64,000 nucleotides of DNA. Origin: Camelus dromedarius (Eukaryota). Location: positions 71,240,001 to 71,304,000 of the forward strand of contig NC_087436.1 in the NCBI RefSeq assembly GCF_036321535.1. Direction: 5' to 3'. The position numbers were made by a program, and so were the translations under genes. The notes beneath the pieces were generated by a model. The model searched no databases. It saw nothing but the letters and a program-made list of their open reading frames with translations, and was not told the origin of the DNA. How positions within the stretch are numbered: position 1 is the first letter of the stretch; the number at the start of each line of letters is the position of its first letter. Positions 13,560-26,450 of this stretch are shown here, in pieces.

Positions 13560-14082
13560 GAGGTCTCCAAGACCACCCAGAGGTTTATGATTCATTAGGA
13601 CGACTCCCAGGACTCAGCATGTAGTCATTGCTCATAGCTAAAATTTATTACAGGGAAAGGGTACAAAGGAAAATCAGAGAAGGGAAAAGGCACAGGGGTG
13701 AAGCCAAGAGGAAACCAGGCACAAGCTTCCTGAGTCCTCTCCCAGTGGAGCCACACAGGATGTGCTTAATTCCTCCAACAATGATTTGTGATGACACATG
13801 AAATTCGTTCTACCAGAGAAGCTCCTTAGAGACTCGGCATCCAAGATTTTTGCTGGGGGCTAGTTGTATAAGCCAGGCACATTCGAAATTCCAGATTTCC
13901 AGAAAGAAAGCAGGTGTTCCACACAAGCACACTGTACGGTTTAGGCCCAGTAAACCCAGTTCTGGGAATGGTAGGAACCTCCTGAAATCCAAGTTCTCAG
14001 TTGCCAGCCAAGGGTCAACCTTGCAGACAGGCCGTTCTAAGCACAGTAGTCTCAGGATCACTGTGTTAACTCTTACCTGCAA
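13560..14082 (-). mobile_element. MER21/MER77-family solo LTR
   Basis: Minus-strand start tgcaggtaagagttaacacagtgatcctgagactactgtgcttagaacggcctgtctgcaaggttgacccttggctggcaactgagaacttgg matches the recalled MER21-family 5' end. Confidence 0.8.
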
Positions 14083-15089
14083 ATATACTCTAACTAATAT
14101 TGCATATAAATCTAGTAAAGACATAAAACATTCACAAGAATAATTCACGTCAAAATTTGTTAATGAATACCCCTCAGGTAGGAAGGAGTAGAAAGGAATG
14201 AATAGTGAGATTTTTTTTAAAAAAACAGAAACACTCAAAGCAAATTTGGAAAAAATGCTGATAGCTGTTTAAAGTTCTGATACATACATAAGTAATTTTA
14301 TTTGTATTCATTTTTGAAACTTTAAAATGTTTCATTTAAATTAAAAGATGAAAATTAAAAATGGCCAAAACATTTAAGTCATACAAAAAGGAAACCTTTT
14401 CTCATTGGAGTATACCATTAATAGCAACTAGGAAGGACTATGCAGTGGAGAAACAGCTTTGAATCAATCCAAATGTCTCAAGGTTAAGCAAAAAAGTTGC
14501 AAGATCCATAAAAGTATGTCACAAATGAAGTGATTTTTTAAATATTCTGAAAATTATTTTGGAATGATACAGATAATGGGTACCTGAAAGAAAGAGTATG
14601 AGTTTAGATCAATATTTAAACTGTCATCTGTCAATCAATCATGAATGGCCCACATATACCATTCTAACAATAAAGCCACAAAGTTTCTTCATATATTCTA
14701 GAAACATTAACTAAAATTGAACAAGAGATGAAATTCTCTAGAACTCCAATATACAATAGTTATTCAGCTTACTATTTACCTACATTTTCCTAATGAAGAT
14801 GAGAGAAAGGAAGGGAAAGACTAGATTCCTGCACACATGTATGTATGTGTATACCTGCAAGAATGAGTGAGAGAAAGGTAGAGACAAACGGGGAAAAGAG
14901 AAGAACTGGTGATAAAAAGAATGAACACAAATGGGAGAGAATATATGTCTGGTCTCTACCACTAACCCAGATACTTCCAAATCTAAAATGTACTAGAGGT
15001 GCAAATATCCTATGTTTTCAAATAATACTTTTTCAAATGTTTGAAAGTTCAGCTTACATAAAGAATTTTATATAACAAAACCATATTTA

Positions 15090-16521
15090 ATTTCATTGAT
15101 TTACATGTAGCTGTCCAGCTTTCCCAACACCACTTGCCAAAGAGATTGTCTTTTCTCCATTGCATGTTCTTGCCTCCTTGGTCAAAGATTAATTGACTGT
15201 AGGTGTGGGGAGTTATTTCTGGTCCCTCTATTCTGTTCCATTGATCCATATGTCTGTTTTTGTGCCAATACCATGCTGTTTTGATTACTGTAGCTCTGTA
15301 GTATTGTCTGAAGTCTGGGATTGTTATTCCTCCAGCTTCATTCTTTTTCTTCAGGATTTCTCAGGTAATTCTGGGTCTTCTGTGGTTCTATATAAATGTT
15401 AGGATTATTTTTTCTAGTTCTGTGAAAAATGTCATGGGTATTTTGATAGGGGTTGCATTAAATTTGTAGATTGTTTTGGGTAGTACGGCCATAATTCTTC
15501 CAATCCAAGAGAGTGAGATGTCTTTCCATTTCTTTGAATCATCTTTAGTTTTCTTTATCAGTGTTTCATAGTTTTCAGTGTATAGGTCTTTCACCTTCTT
15601 GGTTAAGTTTATTCGTAGGTTTTTTTAATGTAATTTTAAACGAATTTTTTAACTTTCTCTTTCTGATATTTCATTGTCAGTGTAAAGAAATGCAACAGAT
15701 TTCTGTATATTAATCTTGTATCCTGCTACATTGCTGAATTCATTTATTAGTTCTAATAGTTTTTGTGTGGAAATTTTAAAGTTCTTTATATAGAGTATCA
15801 TGTCATATGCAAATAGTGACAGTTTTATCTCTTCCCTTCCAATTTGGATAATTTTTCCTTCTTTTTCTTGTCTGACTGCCATGGCTAGGACTTCCAATAC
15901 TATGCTGAATTGAAGTGGTGAGAGTGGGCGTCCTTATGTTGTTCCTGAATTTAGCAGAAGACTTTCAGCTTTTTACCACTGAGTATTATGTTGGCTGTGG
16001 GTTTATTTACAATAGCCAAGAAATGGAAACAACTCAAGTGACCATCAACAGACAATTGGCTTTATTATTACTCAGCAATAAAAAAGGAATGAAATACTGC
16101 CATTTACAACAACATGGGTGGACCTAGAGAATATTATACTTAATGAATTAAGTCATAAGAAGAAAGGCAAATATTTCATTATATCATTTGTATGTGGAAT
16201 ATGAAAAATAAGACAAATGAATCTATATACAAAATATAAAGACTCACAGACACAGAAAACAAACTTATCAAAGGGGAGAGGAAGGGGGAGGGATAAATTA
16301 GAAGAACAGGATTAACAGATACAAACTACTATTCATAAAACAGATAAGCAACAAAGATTTATTATATATCACAGGGAACAATAGTCGATATCTTGTAATA
16401 ACCTATAATGGAAAAATATATGAAAAAATAATGGAATATTTGCTGTACACCTGAAACTAACACAATATTATAAATCAACTATACACCAGTCTAAAAAAAA
16501 AGAGAGAAAGCACATGAAAGA
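15090..16521 (+). mobile_element. L1 with 5' inversion: ORF2 segment on minus (15090 to about 16002), 3' end on plus (about 16003-16521)
   Basis: Minus ORFs give ORF2 RT text ([28 protein letters not shown]), the plus segment is 3'UTR with tail, and TSD aaaaccatattta (15077-15089) / aaaaacatattta (16522-16534) brackets both. Confidence 0.9.
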
Positions 16522-16689
16522 AAAAACATATTTATACAAGTAGGAAGCTCTAAAAGGTTTTATAGAGTGACCACAGCCCTGTAGTATTCGTTTGAGAAAT
16601 TCTACATAAGAATTACATCATGAAATATTAACCAACTCTTTTACAGCCCCTGGGGCTCTGCATGACCACTTATATTTAAAATAATAATA

Positions 16690-16910
16690 AGTCCATTTAT
16701 TTTATGATGATGTTGTTGATGCTGTGCCAGCTGCTGTTCTAAGCGATTTACCTCATTTCATTCTTGAAAGAACCCAAGGAGGAAGACACCATTTTCCCCC
16801 ATTTCAAATGTGCAGAAACTGAGGCACAGAAAGTTGAAGCAAACTGTCTAAAGTGGAGCCCAGATTCACCCAGGCAGCCTAGATCCAAAGCCTGTATTTT
16901 TAACTTTACT
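16690..16910 (-). mobile_element. MIR SINE
   Basis: cccccatttcaaatgtgcagaaactgaggcacagaaag is the MIR core in reverse. Confidence 0.8.
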
Positions 16911-17689
16911 TATTTTGCCCACTTCATTTCCTATTATCTCATACTTTATGAAAACACAATATTCAACCAAAAATAACTACATTTCCTATACTGATTACTC
17001 ATAATTTTGGCAAAGCTAATGTTATTATACAGGAAGGAGCAAAAGGATATGTTTCTCCTGTGAATTAAAAGAAGGCTTCAGTAGCCCTTCCCCTACCAGT
17101 ATTCCAAAGCAGAGCAGAAACACCTGTCTAGGAAAGCACTTCATTTCCTAAGCTGTTCTACAAATACCTGAAAGTTATTTTAAAAAATAAATAAACTATT
17201 CCTGAAAATTATCATGACTTCCTAACTTCCCAATGATGACCTCTTTTTCCTGGGCTCTTAGAAAAAAGAAATTCTAGCCAAACTTTTTCTTTTTTAAGCT
17301 CCTTTTATGTTCAGGGCAATGGAAAATCACCATGAGCTCACAGGGATAACTGACTGCCTTAGAAAAGTGTACTGATAGAATTAAAAGGCCCCAGACAAGG
17401 GCACTCGTCTTCCGTCCCACTGCAGCCTCTGCTCCTGAGACCACAGCTGTGTTACTGTGTTCGGTTTGCGGTCCGTTGTTTAAGTGGGACGTTGGAAATG
17501 CAGGGTCAGGGTAGTCACAGGGGAGAAAATCCTTCTCTCAATAGCACTGTTCACTTCTAAGATACTGAATAGTTCATGTTTACTTATATGTATACTGTCT
17601 TTCTCCATTGCTAACATGGGTGTTGGTCCAGCCAGGCGACTGGTTTGACGGGTGGAGGAGAAAGGAAAAAAATGAGAGTACTTCTGGCA

Positions 17690-17915
17690 TGAGACATTAC
17701 ATTCCCAAAGGCCCACACTGAGAGAAAGCTTAGCAGTCCAGGAACTGAGATTTCTGTGCAGCTGAATTGTAGACAGTGAAAGAGATTGGTAATAGTTTAG
17801 GCCAGAGGGGAAAGAGAGGGTCAGATTGTCAAAGTCCTTGTGAATCGAAATAAGAAGGGGCTGTAGACGGAACAGTGGGAGTCGGGGTAGAGAAGCTCCT
17901 GCAACGTTTAAAGCA
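17690..17915 (-). mobile_element. L2 fragment
   Basis: ggtcagattgtcaaagtccttgtgaatc...gagaagctcctgcaacgtttaaagcaggga resembles a common reverse L2 segment. Confidence 0.55.
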
Positions 17916-18324
17916 GGGACCAAGTCTCTGTGACTACAGTTCGGATAATGAACTTTAGTTGTATCATTTGAAATTGTCAATATTCAACTGTTTTGGACCT
18001 ACACATGGCAGTTCTCTATGGTTCAATCTCACTAAAACCTTCCTAAAAGGAAGCAGGACTGGAGACCAGCAAAATGTTAAATAGAGCAGATTAAAAATGA
18101 GGAAACACTACACAGTGATAGTGAGGGTTTAGTTATTGAAGCCGAGAAGCTGGATGACAATACGTCAAGACTATTACAGATGGGATGCTTGTGTAGGAAA
18201 AGTCATTAACTAGATGTCCTAAAATCTGGACTTAAGAGCGTGAAGGCATCTTAGGAAACGTGACAACCTACTCTAACCACCCAACCCCATTCTAGATTTA
18301 CAATCAGAAAAGTGATGTATTTTC

Positions 18325-18423
18325 ACTCTTTCACTCAAAAATTTTATTGAGTATATCTCGGTGCCAGGCCCTATGCTGAGCACCATGAGTATAAAGAAAT
18401 TTCAAGGAGCTTCAAATCTAGTA
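18325..18423 (-). mobile_element. L2 3' end
   Basis: ttcactcaaaaattttattgagtatatctcggtgccaggccctatgct. Confidence 0.65.
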
Positions 18424-20054
18424 TGTCCATCTGGAGGGTGGCTCCAAGCACAACAGAGAAGCAAGACCCTTAGGTCTCACTGCTAGTGGCAAATGAGGAC
18501 CAGAGCTCATATCTTCCCTGACTCCTAGAGACCAAGACCCTTTCCACTGTATACTATGCTGCTCAGAATTCCTAAGCTTCACCGGAGATAGGCAGCTACA
18601 GCTGGGTCTCTTCGCCTCATCATGCCATCTAGAGACCAGAGGAGAGGCCACACTGATAGGATAGGAGTTCTAACTAATCCCAGCACTGCTCCCTCCCAGA
18701 GCCTTCCTTACTGCACTGGCCTCTGTGCTCCATGAGCTCAGGGCTTTCATATTTCTAAATCTGTTTTCCCCCAGTATTGCACTATCTATCACTACCTACC
18801 CCACCAATTTCTTTTTGTCTTCCTACATATCAAAAACTTCCACCCCCTTAATCCAAAGTAGTGGGAAAATCATATGATTCCACCATAACACTGTAACTAA
18901 AAATGCACTTTACCTGAATATCCAAATTACCCTTATAATTTTGTCTCTGAGTGTCCCTAAATTAAACACTGGGGTAAGGTGATATCTAATTTTAAGGCAG
19001 TCACCAGTTTTATTCAAGTTCTAGAGAGGGAAAGTGAGAAAGACAGTTCAAAGGGGTAAAGGAATTCAAATTCTTTCATTGACTGCTTTGTCTAAACCCA
19101 ATTTATTTTTCCACATTTTTTTTACTCTGTTATTTCAAAGATAACTAGAGGCAGCTAACTTTGTTTTATTTCTAACAGTTGGAAACTAGAAAGGAAATTG
19201 TGATGCATTCTGTCTTCAAAAAATTGTACCTGAAAAAACATTCTACTTCTATCCTTCACATATTTTACAATGGAAATATTATTCCTCATCGCCTATTCTT
19301 CTTCCTAATGATCTGGAGTTTTGAGATTGAAAATGGAGCCTGCTATAAGTTACAATCTTTATAAACTTGGAACCACAATAGGCAGAAGAACCTGAACTAA
19401 AATGGCCAGTACTTCTCCCAGGTTAATACATTTTCTTCTTTGTTGTTTAAATTTTTTTCAAATATATAAGTAACAAATGAATGCACAATTGCATTTTAAA
19501 CATTGAGCAGTGAAAACCAAGCAAAAGTCTTCTCTCACTATCCCATCTCTCAATAATTATTCCATTCCTAAGGGAAATTATTGTTATTTGTGTTCTCACT
19601 GTCACCAATTTTGTCATGAAAAGTCAAGAGTTAAATCTTGTTACCTTCAAATACAGTATTTTGACATACAATGATAAAATACATAATCAACCCTTTCCAT
19701 ATACACAATATGTAAATAAACTCAAAACCAGGAAAATAAAAAGATGTAGAGATCATTCATCTGAAAACAAAAAGATAGTATGTACTTACTGTAAGAAATA
19801 ATGCAATATCTGCTGGATTAATGACATGATAACCCAGGATAAGAAACAGTTAAGAACTAAGAGCATCCACTCACCAGTTTTCATATATGACTGGCTAAAA
19901 TTATCAGCATAAATCATATACTAATATTTGGAAAAATTTTTTTCTTTATTAAAGAACTTAAGTTGAAAACAAGCTATTGCATGCAAAGAATAGTACTAAA
20001 TTAAAAGTAAACAGTCTAAACAGTCTCTATCTGGACATAAATACTAGCTCATTC

Positions 20055-20079
20055 TTTTTTTTTTTTTTTTTTTTTTTTT
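20055..20079 (+). repeat. T25 homopolymer
   Basis: 25 consecutive T. Confidence 0.95.
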
Positions 20080-22200
20080 GTACTGATTTTCCCACAGGAA
20101 GGAAGAGATTAAAGGGTGGATTACTTCAAGCACTATAAAGGTCTCTAGACTGACCCCACTCTTAGAGGGAACTCTTTCAGGGGAATAATGCCCTAAAGAA
20201 CAGTGAAAGCCCAAGAAAACCCACAACTGAGCCCCTCAGAGGGCCCGCATTCACCAGTCCCCATTGACTGCCCTGGTCTCTCCGAGGGAATTCAAAATAA
20301 TTCACTGCCCACCATAATGCTGAATTCACAGCAGAGAGGAAAAAAGGTGATGGAGCTGCTTTGCATCTGTTTAATTTTTTACAGAAATGTTAAGGGGGTT
20401 AATCTCCTACAAGTCCAGTCATGTGCTCTCACAAAGGGCCCAGAAAGGAGTCGCAAAGCCTGCCATGACTCAAAGGGAGGCTCTTTGTGTCTTCCTTTCT
20501 GCGCTCTGTCTGACAAAGGAGCTGCCTAAGTTCTTAGGCTTCTGGCTCTTGCTTGAATTCTGAAGTCAGTGAAGCAACAATGATGTCATTGCTTCTGAAG
20601 ACCACTGTTGGCTGAGATAATGAAGATCTCTTCGCGCAAAGCATTATCATTTATTTCTGTGGCACACATTTCCTAAACCTTCAAACACAAAAGTGTCCTA
20701 CGTGTTGGGAGGGGTGTCATAGTTTTCGTTACCTTCTGCATTATTGAAAAGAAAGCACACTGAGACCTGTTTCCTTCTCACCCAAACACATCTTTTTATG
20801 TTTAGCTAGTAGATAATATTGGACTAGAGTAGTTTACTCATACATTTAAAAGGGAAAAGTAAGATTTTGCCTTTTTAATGAGGAATAGGTATATTATTCA
20901 ATTAATATTCTGATATTAAAAGCCCAGTAGTTGTTAGGTAACATAGTCACTACATAAGTAAGATCTATTTCTCACCCCTTTACTTCTCAATATATACAAA
21001 TGGCTTGAAAAAGCAAATCAAATTACCCAAAGAATATTGAAACAGTTTGAGGACAGTTATCCTCCCCAAATTTTAAAATAGTGGACCCCCTATGAAAATC
21101 CTTTACAAGGTATAGAACCGCTCTGGGAGGGAAGAGACAACACAAATCTATACATACATAAAAAACTAAGTTCAGAGAATTTGTAGACCTCTTGGTACCC
21201 TTGCAGACTAAGAATTTCTACTCTACAGAATACAATTTCTTTAGAAAAAAATTCTATCTCGCTCTTTTTGAAAAGTATTCCTGTAGAACAATGACTGTCT
21301 GAGCATTTTCTCAAAGCATTTTCTACTTTTCCCCTCTAATCTGTCTTAATGGTAGACTCTTTTTCAATCGTATCCAATGCTAGTTTTTTAAAAAGTAGAC
21401 TTCCCTTAAATTATTATGAATAAGAAACTTGAAGGGAAATAAAATTTTAATGTTCATTCTCAGAGGACATTATTGGATGAGGTTAGACAAAAATAAGAGG
21501 TAGGTATGAATTAAAATAGGCAAAATATATGTGCCAGGGGTTGAAGTTAATTGTCTCATTTAGTCTTCAGATGTAAGATAAAATCATTATCCCCACCTTT
21601 TAGATCCTACAAAATCCAATGGCAAGTATTTATTCTCTTCTCAGAAAGATGGTCTAGTAGTGCTTACCAGGTAAAATCTGATATAAAGATACCTTCCAAC
21701 ATTCTAAAAGAGATATGCAGTCTACCATGTAAAAGGACAAATAAGAAGGCAAAGTGTGAGGAAATGTGTGTTTAGGAAATTTAGAGTTTAGTAAACTTCA
21801 AATAAAGAGTATATAGGGGGAGTGGGAGTCACTAATGAAAAACAAGAGAGAGAAAAATAGATAAATAGGTTCCAGGTTCCAGAGGACAATGCTAAAATGT
21901 TTATATTTTATCCAATAAGAAATGGGGAATGACCTACAAATTTTAGACTAAATAGTGACACAGTTCAGTTCACAAAGGTCACTATATCTTCAATCAAATG
22001 TAGCGATCTCTGAAGCAGGATATCAGTGTACTTAAACTACAGAGATATGTAAGAGTGGTCACTGGAATATGGAGAGAAAAATAGAACTACAAAAATTATC
22101 TTTTTTACATTCTTTATAATTCCATCTTTGTGAATGTCCTATAAAACATGTTACACAAGTTCTGTATGTATAAGCTATACTAATACATTTCTGTGTAGGT

Positions 22201-22202
<2 letters not shown>

Positions 22203-22240
<38 letters not shown>
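22203..22240 (+). repeat. (AC)19 microsatellite
   Basis: Perfect dinucleotide repeat. Confidence 0.97.
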
Positions 22241-22242
<2 letters not shown>

Positions 22243-22279
22243 TGTGGGTACATAATTCACAAAGTTTGGTAACATTCTA

Positions 22280-22900
22280 TCTCAAAATGGATTAGAAGCA
22301 GTCAGGTTTAGAAATAGGAGAATAGTTAGGAGACTGCTGCAATATTCAAAACAAAAATTGTCAGGCTCTGAATAAAAGTAGAAACAAAGGAGACTGAAGA
22401 GGCTATCTTGAGTGCTTTCTGGGTGGATAATGTGTGGGTCTTGCTTGCCAACTAGATAAGGGATATTAAAATCAGAAGGGTTAACTGGGTGGGTGCCAGG
22501 ACATTCATTAAGACTGAAATCTAATAGGAGAATCAAGGAGCAACTTAGAAACTGGTGGGTGGTTAGAGATGAGCTCAATGACAGCCATGTTGAGTTAGAG
22601 GTCTTTGTGGGATATCCAGGTGCAGGTGGCTAAATAGCAGTTGAATATACAGTCTTGGAGCTCAGGAGGAAAGTGGATGACATATACCACTGTGCAATTC
22701 TCCCCAAGATCACCAGTGATACAGAACACAAGAAAAGAAAAGGAAAAAAACCTGAAAGAAGACTTACACGTGAAGGATGGGAAGAGGAGAGGTTATCAAG
22801 GAAGGAGGCTACAAAAGAAATCCAAGTAAGATTCCAGACATGAAAGCCATAGGGCAAGTCTAATGTCACAGAGAAGTAAGGTGGGTACAGGGAAAAATGC
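22280..22900 (-). mobile_element. L2 internal fragment
   Basis: ttgagttagaggtctttgtgggatatccagg...agcagttgaatatacagtcttggagctcaggagg is typical reverse L2. Confidence 0.7.
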
Positions 22901-24309
22901 AGCAGCACAGTTTGTCATTAAAGAGTTTTGGGGTTTTTTTTTTTAATTAAATGAAATAGTAGGAGCTGAAAACCAGATTTAAATAAATGAAGGAAATAAT
23001 TCATATTATAAGATGGTATGTGGCAAAGTGTAAAAAAGAACTTGTGTGAACTATGGAATTTCAGGGGAAAAAAACACTTTCATTGAAATATGACACTCGA
23101 GCTGGATAACGAGCACTGAAGAGAAGTGACAAGAAGATATTCTAGAAACAGAAAACAGTGTAAATTTATGGAAGTGTTAACAAACCAGGGACACAGTAAG
23201 AATGTCTGTCTAACTACATTACATGTCTCCACCAAACGTACATCTAACCAGGCACCAAAATATCTCTTTTTACTTCCATAAGGATGAACACATGACATTA
23301 TTTTTGAAGCACGTCATATTGGGATATTTATAACTATTTCATAATTAAAGTTTTTAAAGTTGTTCTTTCTGTATACTAATTAAAGCAACCAAGTAATGCA
23401 TGTAACAGAGAACTCTCTGCCCCATCCCTAAGTATTATGCTCAGAGATTGGGTGGGGGCCAGAGATGGCATATGGCATTCTGTTGTGCACGTTACTTAGA
23501 AATTTTAAAAGTTAAAAACGTAATGGTTGTAATAATCACAAACAGCCTCACATGAAAGTAGCCTTAAAAACTGTTTTGCTCTGCTTCTTCAAATGCATTC
23601 AACGCCACCCACTCCTCCTCTTTCATGTTGGAGGAGACACACTGATGCTCTCATCACCTCTCATCTGGATTACTCCAGCAGCCGCCAAATTGCCTCTGTT
23701 CTCTTGCTCCTCTACTTAACTCCGCAGGGATGGAAGGCAGGCAGATCTTCCAAAATACATATCACGAAACTATGTCACTTCTATGAGTACACTGGCCTTT
23801 GATTTTTTAATTTATCTTTTAATTTGTACAATAAGGTCTTTGTAATCTGGTCTTCCCTGAGACAAATTTGAGAGAAGGAGAAAAACTATTGTTTTGGCAG
23901 GGGTAACAGAAGAAAGGGAAAGATGTAAGAGAGTGTGGTGGCTGCCCATCTTGTGGAGGGCCATCTGTCACCAATGGCATCATGAGATAGTCAGAATTTC
24001 ACATTATACTTGAGGTAATGGTGTCTGAAGAAGTTGTCCAAAGTACCTAAGGTCACAGAACTAATCAGAAGCAGAGCTGTTTGGATCCAGGTTTGTCAGC
24101 CTCCAAAATCCATATCAGAAACAGTCAAGGATATTTGGTGAAGATGATACTGGAAGTTATTTTAAAAAAGTATGAAACTAGGTAGGATCATTAGTATAAT
24201 TATGTCCATAAAGGTATTTTTTAAAAAAAGGAATGGAAGGTTTTTCCATTTTTATATATATATAATCTTTTAATTTATATATATATAAATAAAATTAATA
24301 GTCCTTCTA

Positions 24310-24800
24310 AACATGTCATCATTATAGTCAATAGCAGATCCCTGAGAGAAAGTCCCTGTAAACTCAGGAACAACAATAACAAATATCTATGTTCACGGTT
24401 TTTATGTAGCAGCGATTTGGAAATTTTTATTAAGTTATGCCAGAGATACAGAAGTAAGAGAAAATAATACATAAAGCTATTACTTTCAGATGACTTGATT
24501 ATATTCTTGGAAATTCAAGGCATTCAGTTAAAAATAACAATATCTAGTATTCACAAAAGCTGAATCAGAGTAATAGTGTAAGTACTCAGAAGTAACTAGT
24601 ACTCTGTACGTTCATGAAAATAAGAAATAAAAGATAATTTTAAGATGGTCCATTCAATATACATATAATTCCCTTAAAAGCAGAAGAAATAAACATACGA
24701 TGTATAAAAGTTGAATAAATAAAACGGCAAGATTTTATTTGTATATAGAAAAGTGGATCTGAATAAATGGCAAATCGTGACATATTAAGAAAAAATCTAT
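24310..24800 (+). mobile_element. Very old L1 ORF2 (RT) fragment
   Basis: About 24480-24515 reads LLSDDLIIFLEI, a decayed LFADDMIVYLEN motif. Confidence 0.6.
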
Positions 24801-25884
24801 GTAGGATAAAGTTGAATATGTGGGAAAATGTACTAAGTAACAAGAAAAGAGGTCCAAAAAACTGTTGAAATGTTTAAGTGTCTTTCAGTATATGGAGAAA
24901 ATTATTTATGTAAAGTGCCGAGGATGAGAGCCAAGCTGAGAGGGAGCTGGATAAGAGATGAAGTGATAAGAAGAAAGCAGAAGACATATCCTTCACAGAA
25001 ATTTGGCAACAGTGTGATGGAAAAAAGTACCTGCAAAGGGGCAAAGGGCCCAAGTTCCAGCCAAGTATTTATGAAGACAGAGGAGACCTATACCATCCAA
25101 CTGCACACTCTCTGTGTCTCCCACTTAAGACCCATGAGCATCTTCATGAAGGTTCATAAAGAAGAAAACAGCCTTCAGAATAAGAAGAAATGGAGTGTGT
25201 GGCAGGTGCCATGGTGACTAGGAAGGCAAGCTCTACATCACAGATCGGGAGCACCCCACAGCCTCTTCTGTGCTGGATGCCCCATTCCCGAGTCCCATTC
25301 CACGACCACCCCCAGCACTCAGACTACGTAATGAAGTCCCCTCAGACCATCAACAGGGAATTTCATTACACAGTCTGGGTTTGATAAACAGACATCTGAG
25401 GCAATAAGTGCTCCTTCTGGATTCCCTTCCTTGGAATTTCCTCCTATGAATTACAAAGGAATTTTGACACTGTGGGTCTTCTTGTCTGTCACACTGGCTG
25501 TCCCACATAGAATTTCAGTTTTTACTTTCCTGACAAATGTCAGTTGAAAGCTCCTTTTGCTCAGTTTAAAAAGTACCTGCAAGACCACCACTTTTTCATC
25601 AAATGAAGAATGTGGGGAAACATTTTTAGTAATTTTTCTTGGGCAAGGTACCTAACACGTCTGAGTTTCAGAATTAATGACTCATTCATTCAATCGATAT
25701 GTATTGAAGACTTGCTCTTTGCTGGTCCCTGTGCTAGACCTTGAATAAACAATATTGAGCAAACAAGAAAAACTGGGGTAATTCCAGCTATTCTATGCCA
25801 CATAATTATTGGGAGAATCAAATGAAATAAGGCATATGAAAGAATTTTGAAAGCCATCAAGATATATACCGTGGAGCAACTCCT

Positions 25885-26092
25885 TGTCTTGTGTTGTCCA
25901 ATACAAGAGCAATTGGGCACATACAGCTCTTTACGTTCCAATTACTTAAAATTAAATAAAACAAAAACTTCAGTTCTTCAGGCATACTAGTCACAGCGCA
26001 GTTGCTACCTATGGCTAGTGGTTACCATATTGGGAGCACTGAAGTAGAAAGTTCCGATCATCCAGAAAATTCTATGGAAGAACAATTTCCTA
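25885..26092. mobile_element. MER3-like hAT DNA transposon
   Basis: tgtgttgtccaata...aattaaataaaacaaaaacttcagttc...tggctagtggttaccatattgg...aattctatggaagaaca. Confidence 0.7.
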
Positions 26093-26264
26093 GAAGCTGA
26101 AAGCAGAACACAAGGGTGAGCATTTGCATGACACCAAAGGGAGAAGAACAAAAGCAATGCTGCAAACCACACGCTCAAAGGAAGATGGCTGGTGGTTCTT
26201 ATAAGGTTATAAAACTACCACAAAGGGAAAACGTGGTCATGATCAAAGAGCAGTCAGAGAGAAT

Positions 26265-26450
26265 CACTGAGTATTTGGTAAGTGTCAGGAATTAAAACCA
26301 AGTGCTTGATATCATATCAGATTAATCCAAAGACAGTCCCTTGAAGTAAGGAGTAGTATTTTCTCTGCCTTGTCTATGAATAAACTGAGTCACTGTTAGG
26401 TTAAGGGACTTGACATAGGTCACAAAGCTATTTAATGATAAGCCTTTGGG
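26265..26450 (-). mobile_element. MIR SINE
   Basis: tgaataaactgagtcactgttaggttaagggacttgacataggtcacaaagcta. Confidence 0.6.

Noticed and set aside
13810..14238. 142-aa ORF and overlapping 97-aa ORF
   Set aside because: They lie across an LTR and old L1-like sequence with no domain resemblance.
17480..17980. 166-aa minus-strand ORF, at first glance retroviral env-like
   Set aside because: Starts at TTG, has no CxxC, furin, immunosuppressive or TM motifs, and much of it overlaps L2-like sequence; treated as a chance ORF.
20560..20620. Possible C/D-box snoRNA (ATGATG...CTGA)
   Set aside because: The C box is imperfect (ATGATGT), spacing is too short, there is no clear terminal stem, and it is antisense to the host gene; the SOX pair explains the symmetry better.
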